Below are positions 58,082 through 64,000 of a stretch of DNA of 64,000 nucleotides, piece by piece (positions within the stretch are counted from its first letter, which is position 1; each line of letters begins with the position of its first letter). The stretch lies in the IMG/VR virus record IMGVR_UViG_3300008116_000002. One strand, 5' to 3'. Position numbers and translations under genes: made by a program. Below the pieces are notes generated by a model that was not told the DNA's origin, made no database searches, and worked only from the letters and a program-made list of their open reading frames with translations. This DNA comes from a virus (taxonomy: Duplodnaviria; Caudoviricetes).

Positions 58082-61000
58082 ATGCCAACTATTAGATCAA
58101 GTGCACAGACAGGATTGAAAATAGATTCCGATCTATCTTCCAACGTCTTTTTTTCGACAGGTTCTAGTAATACTGCTTTGAAAGTATACGATACTGGTGC
58201 AGTAGAAGTACCTACAAAACTTGTTTTGCCTAAGATTAGTACATCCACACGACCAACCTCTCCCAGAGAAGGCGTGGTAGTATTCAATACCGATCTAAAT
58301 GTTTTTGAAACATATGGTTCTAGAGGCTGGGAACCTTTTCCTACTAAGGATACATTATATGTAGATACTATTCTACACTTAGCAGGAGATGGTGCAAACA
58401 ATGCTAATAATAATGTTATTGTTGATAGTACTAGCGGAGCCTATGCTTTAAATAAATTTGGTAATCCTCAAATAGGTTCCTTCAATCCTTCGCAACCAGG
58501 GTGGAGTGCATATTTTGACGGGCAGGGTGATTTCATTAGTAACACCGCCTCATCAAGATTTAATGTTTCTACTAATGGTTTTTATGATTTTACTATTGAA
58601 GCTTGGGTATATCAAACATTTAGATCGCCGATTACGCCAAATGGAGGTAGAGATATCATTTGGGATCCAAGATCGGCTGAAGATTCTAGCGGACCTATAT
58701 TTGCAATAACAGGAACCACGGGACAACTAGAAATATCATCAAACACCCAAGCACAATCTGCAGCAAGACATAGATCTAATTCCATAATAGATTTAAATAC
58801 ATGGAATCATATTGCCTTTGTTAGACAAAGTAATGTATTATACTATTATATAAATGGTGTTAAAGATGCAAACACCTTCCTGTTAAATATTCCCTATAGC
58901 GCACAAACTCCTAAAATAGGAGGCACTAGCATCGGGACAGCTAATAATTTTAATTTTCAAGGATTTATATCTAACTTTAGATTTACTAAAGATGCAGTAT
59001 ATTCAAATAATTTTGTAGTACCGAGTACACCTTTAACGGTACTAGCAAACACTGCAATTTTAACTTGCAATAGACCTTATATTGTAGATGATAGTAATTC
59101 TACAAATGATTTGGTAAAAAATGGAGAAGTAACGATAACATCCTTCTCACCATTTTCATCCAATCTTTACTATAATAAAAATACTAATGGCGGTTCGGCT
59201 CTGTTTAATCATGATGGGTCTGCATTAACTGGAGATTATTTTACTGTTCCATATATAGATACAAGATTTAACATTGCCGGCGGCGCATCAGCAGGAGCTA
59301 GTTCTGAAGATTTCACTTTAGAAACGTGTTTTTATTCTACAGATCTTCTTTTATTGGCCACACCAAAAACCATAATAGATACTTCGGGAAAATCTGCAGG
59401 CAACAACGTCAACGGAATTGAAATAAGAATAGTGCAGGTTGGGGGTATTCCTGTTATAGCTTTAGGTAACATTTCTAACAGTACGTATCTTACAGGAAAA
59501 TCTAAAATTCTTCCTTCTCAATGGAATCATGTTGCGGTAACTAGATTTTCAGGTAATACTAGAGTTTTTGTTAACGGAAAATTAGAAGCAAATACTGCTT
59601 CACATACAAGTTCATTCTCCACGGGCATCGGGGGAGTTTACATAGGAAAAGACGGGGCTAACGTTGCGCAATCTTTCAACGGATATATTGGGTTTGTACA
59701 CTTGTTGGGGGGAAATGCAAAATATACTACGACATTTACTCCCTCTTTTGTAATACCAACTGCAACTGCAAATACTAAATTTTTAGTTGGTTTTCAGAAT
59801 GCAGGTATCTTCGATAGCACTCAGGAAAATACTATAGATAGTGTGGGTAACGTTAGAATTTTAGGACCTATTGCTACTCCGTATAACTACGCAAATAGTG
59901 CAATATATTTTACGGGCGATGATTATTTGAATATAGCGGATAAATCAGAACAATTATTTGGAATATCTAATTTAACTTTAGAAGCATGGATTTATAGACT
60001 AAATTCAAATACTCATACTATCTTTAACAAGGGAAATATTTTTACGCAGGTATTGCAATTATCCATAACCTCAGGAAATATACTTGTTTTATCTGAAGGT
60101 GCGAACTCTTTTGTATCATCTAAAGATTCATATGCAGGAATTTTTCCGGGGAAAGGATCGGGCTCTAATGGGGATTACTTATCATATACTGGAAATATAA
60201 GACATGCATTCCAAGCTAATAATTTTACCATAGAATGCTGGGTATATCCGCAAAACTCGGGGGTAGATAGAGGAATTGTTAATACTTGGCAAACTGGAGG
60301 AGCGTGGAATTTAAATGTTTTCGCAAATAGTCAAATAGCATTTGCACATAATATTACTCCTGGATCTACAGGTCAAAGAGGAATAGGATCGGGTTCCTCA
60401 GTTTTACAATCTAATGTATGGTCTCATATAGCAATTTCAAAAGAATGGACCAGTAATACATCAGGTAATCTAAGAATTTTTATCAATGGTTCATTGGTTG
60501 GGGCAAATACAGCTCATATAGATAGAGTTGACTTTTTTGGAAATACTATTAAAAATGTTAGGGTTGGTATTGGTAACGATTTAGCAAACCCATTTAACGG
60601 TAGAATAGCTGGTCTTCGTATAATAAACGGCACTGCATTATATACTGCCAATTTTACGCTTCCTACGACTACTCTTCCTCTGGTTTCGAATACTGTATTA
60701 CTATCTTTGCAGAGCGGTGATTCTATTGATAGAAGTACTATGGCTAACCCTGTTTTTAGATCAGGCAATGTTTATGTAGATATTCTTGGTCCATATGCGA
60801 ATGCGAACGTGGTTACTGTTCCGGTTGGACAATGGACACATATTGCTGCAGTGAGAACAGGCAATACAACAGATCAAGTAAGGTTATATATAAATGGTAA
60901 TGTCTCCGGAATAGGTACAATCAGTACTAACTTCATAACTCCAAATGCTGCAATTATCATAGGCGAGAATGAAATTCTGGCCAATGGCTTTGTTGGATAT

Positions 61001-61084
61001 ATGCGAGATTTAAGAGTAACACGAAAAGCTAGATACACTAGTAATTTTAAGCCGTTAGGTAGATTTCCGGAGAGAGGTAATTAG
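58082..61084 (+). CDS. fibre module plus multiple LamG/concanavalin A-like lectin domains
   Basis: Repeated FTIE(A/C)W.Y, W.HIA.VR, .ING, FxG.I..LR motifs. Confidence 0.8.
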   Translation: MPTIRSSAQTGLKIDSDLSSNVFFSTGSSNTALKVYDTGAVEVPTKLVLPKISTSTRPTSPREGVVVFNTDLNVFETYGSRGWEPFPTKDTLYVDTILHLAGDGANNANNNVIVDSTSGAYALNKFGNPQIGSFNPSQPGWSAYFDGQGDFISNTASSRFNVSTNGFYDFTIEAWVYQTFRSPITPNGGRDIIWDPRSAEDSSGPIFAITGTTGQLEISSNTQAQSAARHRSNSIIDLNTWNHIAFVRQSNVLYYYINGVKDANTFLLNIPYSAQTPKIGGTSIGTANNFNFQGFISNFRFTKDAVYSNNFVVPSTPLTVLANTAILTCNRPYIVDDSNSTNDLVKNGEVTITSFSPFSSNLYYNKNTNGGSALFNHDGSALTGDYFTVPYIDTRFNIAGGASAGASSEDFTLETCFYSTDLLLLATPKTIIDTSGKSAGNNVNGIEIRIVQVGGIPVIALGNISNSTYLTGKSKILPSQWNHVAVTRFSGNTRVFVNGKLEANTASHTSSFSTGIGGVYIGKDGANVAQSFNGYIGFVHLLGGNAKYTTTFTPSFVIPTATANTKFLVGFQNAGIFDSTQENTIDSVGNVRILGPIATPYNYANSAIYFTGDDYLNIADKSEQLFGISNLTLEAWIYRLNSNTHTIFNKGNIFTQVLQLSITSGNILVLSEGANSFVSSKDSYAGIFPGKGSGSNGDYLSYTGNIRHAFQANNFTIECWVYPQNSGVDRGIVNTWQTGGAWNLNVFANSQIAFAHNITPGSTGQRGIGSGSSVLQSNVWSHIAISKEWTSNTSGNLRIFINGSLVGANTAHIDRVDFFGNTIKNVRVGIGNDLANPFNGRIAGLRIINGTALYTANFTLPTTTLPLVSNTVLLSLQSGDSIDRSTMANPVFRSGNVYVDILGPYANANVVTVPVGQWTHIAAVRTGNTTDQVRLYINGNVSGIGTISTNFITPNAAIIIGENEILANGFVGYMRDLRVTRKARYTSNFKPLGRFPERGN

Positions 61085-61092
61085 GAGAACAT

Positions 61093-61461
61093 ATGGCACA
61101 TTATGCTTTTTTAGATGGAAATAACGTAGTAACAGAAGTTATTGTAGGTAAAGACGAGAACGAAGATGGCATTCTTTGGGAATTGCATTATGGTGCATTT
61201 AGAAACCAAGTTTGCAAAAGAACATCATACAATACCAGAGGTGGAGTACATACATCAGGTGGTACACCATACAGAAAAAATTATGCCGGTATAGGTTATA
61301 CATATGATGAGAGCAGAGACGCTTTCATTCCACCTAAGCCATTTAATTCTTGGGTATTGAATGAAACGTCTTGTCTTTGGGATGCTCCCGTAGCTATGCC
61401 AGATGACGGCAAACCATACTACTGGAACGAAGACACAACTAGCTGGGTAGAAGTAACATGA
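61093..61461 (+). CDS. fibre-associated (tail-fibre assembly-like) small protein
   Basis: MAHYA...TSYN...RKNYAGIGYTYD..RDAFIPPKP..SW.L....C.W.AP..MP. Confidence 0.65.
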   Translation: MAHYAFLDGNNVVTEVIVGKDENEDGILWELHYGAFRNQVCKRTSYNTRGGVHTSGGTPYRKNYAGIGYTYDESRDAFIPPKPFNSWVLNETSCLWDAPVAMPDDGKPYYWNEDTTSWVEVT

Positions 61462-61649
61462 CAACAAAAATAGCATTATCGCAAATAAATACCGGCACTA
61501 CTGCGAATTTGGTAGTGTCCAATCTTCCGCAAGGAGCAACATTTACTGCCGGGGACAATATCTCTATTTCTGAAAATGGCGAAATTTCTTCTAGTGCCGC
61601 GGGCGGATCAGAATTAAGTTTAGTAAATCACATGTTATCATTAATTTAG
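61458..61649 (+). CDS. small structural protein
   Basis: TAGDNISISENGEISS shared with 53628. Confidence 0.5.
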   Translation: MTTKIALSQINTGTTANLVVSNLPQGATFTAGDNISISENGEISSSAAGGSELSLVNHMLSLI

Positions 61650-61656
61650 GAAAAAT

Positions 61657-61986
61657 ATGGCAACAAATTTTAAAGTCCTAGGTCAAATACAATCAGTAGC
61701 AAATACATTACAAGATGTTTATGTCGTTCCTAATAATGCAAATACTATTGTTTCTACGATAAATGTTTGCAATCAGGCGAGCACTTCTGATATATTCAGA
61801 GTTGCTATTAGACCCGGCAATGCTACAATTCAATCAAAACATTATATAGCATTTAATACTACTGTACCGCCAAACGACACTGTAAGTTTAAGTTTAGGGT
61901 TAGGTCTAGGACAAACCGACGTTATTACGGTAATGGCTAATACATCTTCAGTAAGTTTTGGTATATTTGGTACAGAGATTAGTTAA
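61657..61986 (+). CDS. small beta-rich structural protein
   Basis: MATNFKVLGQ...VYVVP...IVSTINVCN; related to 18013/29743. Confidence 0.6.
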   Translation: MATNFKVLGQIQSVANTLQDVYVVPNNANTIVSTINVCNQASTSDIFRVAIRPGNATIQSKHYIAFNTTVPPNDTVSLSLGLGLGQTDVITVMANTSSVSFGIFGTEIS

Positions 61987-62837
61987 TGTCTAAAAAACTT
62001 CTATCGAAATCTAGTTTAGTTCAGGTAAACACCGGAACATCGATAACTGGAGGCAATGTTATACGTGCCGGTGGCTATACTATTCATAAATTTGAAACGT
62101 CTGGATTCATAACATTCCCGACACCCGCTGTTGTGGACGTTCTTATAGTTGCGGGTGGAGGTGGTGGAGGACAAAATTCAGGGGGCGGAGGTGGGGGAGG
62201 CAATGCACTTTCGTATCCAGGCATTAGAGTAGATGCAGGAAGTCACAAAGTAACAGTCGGTGCCGGAGGAGCAGGGTCAGGCACACCACCTGCCAGAGGT
62301 TCTGTAGGTGAGCCTAGTGTTTTTTATGATAAAATTGCAGTAGGCGGAGGCGGCGGTGGTAGTGAATCTAATATCCCTGGCGGAACCGGAGGAAGCGGTG
62401 GCGGAGGAGATGCAAATGCAACAGCTGGGGGATCAGGCGCAACCGGGGTATTGGGGGGATTTTCTGGAGGATCGGGTTCTGTTTTTATCTCACCTTCAGT
62501 AAGTTATAGAGCAGGTGGCGGTGGAGGACAAGGGGGAGCAGGTGTAAGTGGCCCAGCCGGAGGGACAGGTGGAGCAGGAATAAGTAGTACATATTCTGGT
62601 GTTACTACAACGTATGGTGGCGGTGGGGGTGGCGGAGGATTTAATCCTGTAGCATTTCCAGTTGCTGCAGGCACAGATGGCGGCGGGAATGGATCGAATT
62701 TTACTCCTACTAATCAAGTAAACGGATCCAATGGTGCAACTAATCGAGGCGGCGGTGGCGGCGGAGGTGGAGGCACAGGAGGAAACGGCGGTTCTGGTTT
62801 CGTAGTTATACGCTATCCGAATTCATATTCCAAATAA
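61986..62837 (+). CDS. glycine-rich domain protein (putative fibre tip)
   Basis: GGYTIHKFETSG, VLIVAGGGGGG...GGSGFVVIRY. Confidence 0.65.
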   Translation: MSKKLLSKSSLVQVNTGTSITGGNVIRAGGYTIHKFETSGFITFPTPAVVDVLIVAGGGGGGQNSGGGGGGGNALSYPGIRVDAGSHKVTVGAGGAGSGTPPARGSVGEPSVFYDKIAVGGGGGGSESNIPGGTGGSGGGGDANATAGGSGATGVLGGFSGGSGSVFISPSVSYRAGGGGGQGGAGVSGPAGGTGGAGISSTYSGVTTTYGGGGGGGGFNPVAFPVAAGTDGGGNGSNFTPTNQVNGSNGATNRGGGGGGGGGTGGNGGSGFVVIRYPNSYSK

Positions 62838-63029
62838 ATGAATATGCAGACAACAATCGCAGATTTTGTTTTAAGTAATCCCGCTAATCAAGATGTGGAT
62901 AAAACTACTTTTGAAACGGGATTGGATTTTGATAGTATCATAACTGACGCTGAGCCAACGTTAGTTTATGTTAAAAATAACATTGCAATAGCTTGGTATG
63001 AGCAAAACGCAATGGTTGGTTTTAAATAA
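62838..63029 (+). CDS. small hypothetical protein
   Basis: 63 aa ORF filling the gap in a co-oriented cluster. Confidence 0.45.
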   Translation: MNMQTTIADFVLSNPANQDVDKTTFETGLDFDSIITDAEPTLVYVKNNIAIAWYEQNAMVGFK

Positions 63030-63038
63030 GGAGATAAA

Positions 63039-63375
63039 ATGAGTCATTTTGCTAAAGTAGAAAACGGTATTGTAACTCAAGTTATTGTTGCGGAACAAGA
63101 TTTTATTAATTCCGGAGCAGTCGGTGATCCATCGACATGGGTTCAAACCAGTTACACCATTACGTAAGAACTATGCCGGTATTGGTATGGTTTACGATTC
63201 GGTGCGAGACGCCTTCTATGCACCTCAACCATTCCCAAGTTGGGTATTGGATGACACAACCTGCATTTGGAATGCACCTGTTCCAATGCCTGCAGACGCT
63301 GGTCAAGGTGATCCACCAAAAGCGTATAACTGGGACGAAGCTACAACGAGCTGGGTCGAAGTTACACCGCAGTAA
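63039..63375 (+). pseudogene. frameshifted paralog of 61093
   Basis: RBS TAAGGAG and MSHFAKVENGIVTQVIVAEQ...WVQTSY stop at TAA 63165-63167; the C-half TPLRKNYAGIG... continues in the +1 frame to 63375. Confidence 0.75.
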
Positions 63376-63382
63376 TAATGGA

Positions 63383-63414
63383 CAAGCCCCCGTTTGCGGG
63401 GCTTGACTTCTTCC
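63383..63414 (+). terminator. probable intrinsic terminator overlapping the next -35 box
   Basis: CAAGCCCCCG-TTTG-CGGGGCTTG hairpin then a T-rich run. Confidence 0.55.
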
Positions 63415-63431
63415 ATTTTAGAATATATAAT
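63403..63431 (+). promoter_or_regulatory. sigma70-type promoter
   Basis: TTGACT-N17-TATAAT. Confidence 0.75.
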
Positions 63432-63477
63432 TGCTCTGTGAATAGGTAACCTTAACCTATTTTCTAAAAGGTAAATT

Positions 63478-63915
63478 ATGAAACTGCAAAAATCTATAGC
63501 CTTAGGCGCACTTTTTCTTTGCAATCTTGCATTGGCAGATACTGCTGTCATTGTACAGAGCACTCCGGTATATCAAACCATTTCTACAACTCAAAATCGT
63601 TGCACAGTAGAAAGAGGTAGACTAAAAGATAATACGAGAGAGATTGGAATTGGTTCGTTAATAGGAGCAGCAATCGGTGCACAACATGATACTGCCTCTG
63701 CAATTGCAGGTTTATTAATTGGTGGATTTATTGCTGATAAAGCTTCGGAGGGACCTAGAGATTATGAAAAGTGTGTTCCTGAAACAAGATATACTCAGAC
63801 AGTAATAGGATATGATGTAAAGTACGTATTCAATAATAGAGAGTATGTGCAAAGATTAGATTATGATCCCGGCGTAGGTACCAGAGTGGAGGTGCGTACA
63901 ACCATCGGGAGATGA
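63478..63915 (+). CDS. secreted glycine-zipper protein (YcfJ-like)
   Basis: Signal peptide, IGSLIGAAIG...AGLLIGG zipper, VIGYDVKY...RLDYDPG. Confidence 0.7.
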   Translation: MKLQKSIALGALFLCNLALADTAVIVQSTPVYQTISTTQNRCTVERGRLKDNTREIGIGSLIGAAIGAQHDTASAIAGLLIGGFIADKASEGPRDYEKCVPETRYTQTVIGYDVKYVFNNREYVQRLDYDPGVGTRVEVRTTIGR

Positions 63916-63941
63916 GCGTGTTTAACAACCAGGAGAGTTAG

Positions 63942-64000
63942 ATGGAAATAAGTTTGAAGAAAACAGCCGCAAATGCTGCTAGCTTCACGACGAAGTTCAT
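63942..64000 (+). CDS. 5' end of a gene truncated by window edge
   Basis: RBS AGGAG then ATG MEISLKKTAANAASFTTKF. Confidence 0.45.
   Translation, partial: MEISLKKTAANAASFTTKF

Noticed and set aside
53628-63375. Diversity-generating retroelement or invertible cassette behind the paralogous tip genes
   Set aside because: No reverse transcriptase, no near-identical TR/VR pair differing at adenines, no recombinase or inverted sites seen in this window
63085-63375. ORF-track 96-aa protein as an independent gene
   Set aside because: Its first ~23 residues are off-frame; the real N-terminus begins at 63039 in another frame

Overview
A 64-kb segment of a large, AT-rich, T4-like (Tevenvirinae/cyanomyophage-like) lytic phage genome. 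Essentially all genes are on the + strand and use the standard genetic code. AhpC/AhpD, RpoZ and ErpA resemble betaproteobacterial proteins and there is a spanin pair, so the host is probably a Gram-negative betaproteobacterium (inference). Layout: (i) 0-4 kb, four tRNAs interspersed with auxiliary genes (CDGSH-like mini-protein, stand-alone HemA dimerisation-domain-like protein, HNH endonuclease, ahpC-ahpD, RNA polymerase omega subunit, HTH protein); (ii) 4-14 kb, a late-promoter cluster in which most genes start with a T4 internal-protein-like capsid-targeting peptide (nuclease-like, ligase-like, HAD phosphatase, HxGH nucleotidyltransferase), plus Dps; (iii) 14-41 kb, very large fibre/structural genes including two collagen-like fibres with S74 chaperones, a glycosyltransferase-methyltransferase fusion, phycobiliprotein-like KCxRDxG repeats and a subtilase; (iv) 42-53 kb, replication and nucleotide metabolism (primase, thyX, nrdA/nrdB, dCMP deaminase), spanins and a GIY-YIG endonuclease; (v) 53.6-63.4 kb, an array of paralogous glycine-rich/LamG fibre-tip genes with one frameshifted gene. 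No CRISPR array, integrase or reverse transcriptase was seen. All calls come from manual motif recognition; no database searches were run.
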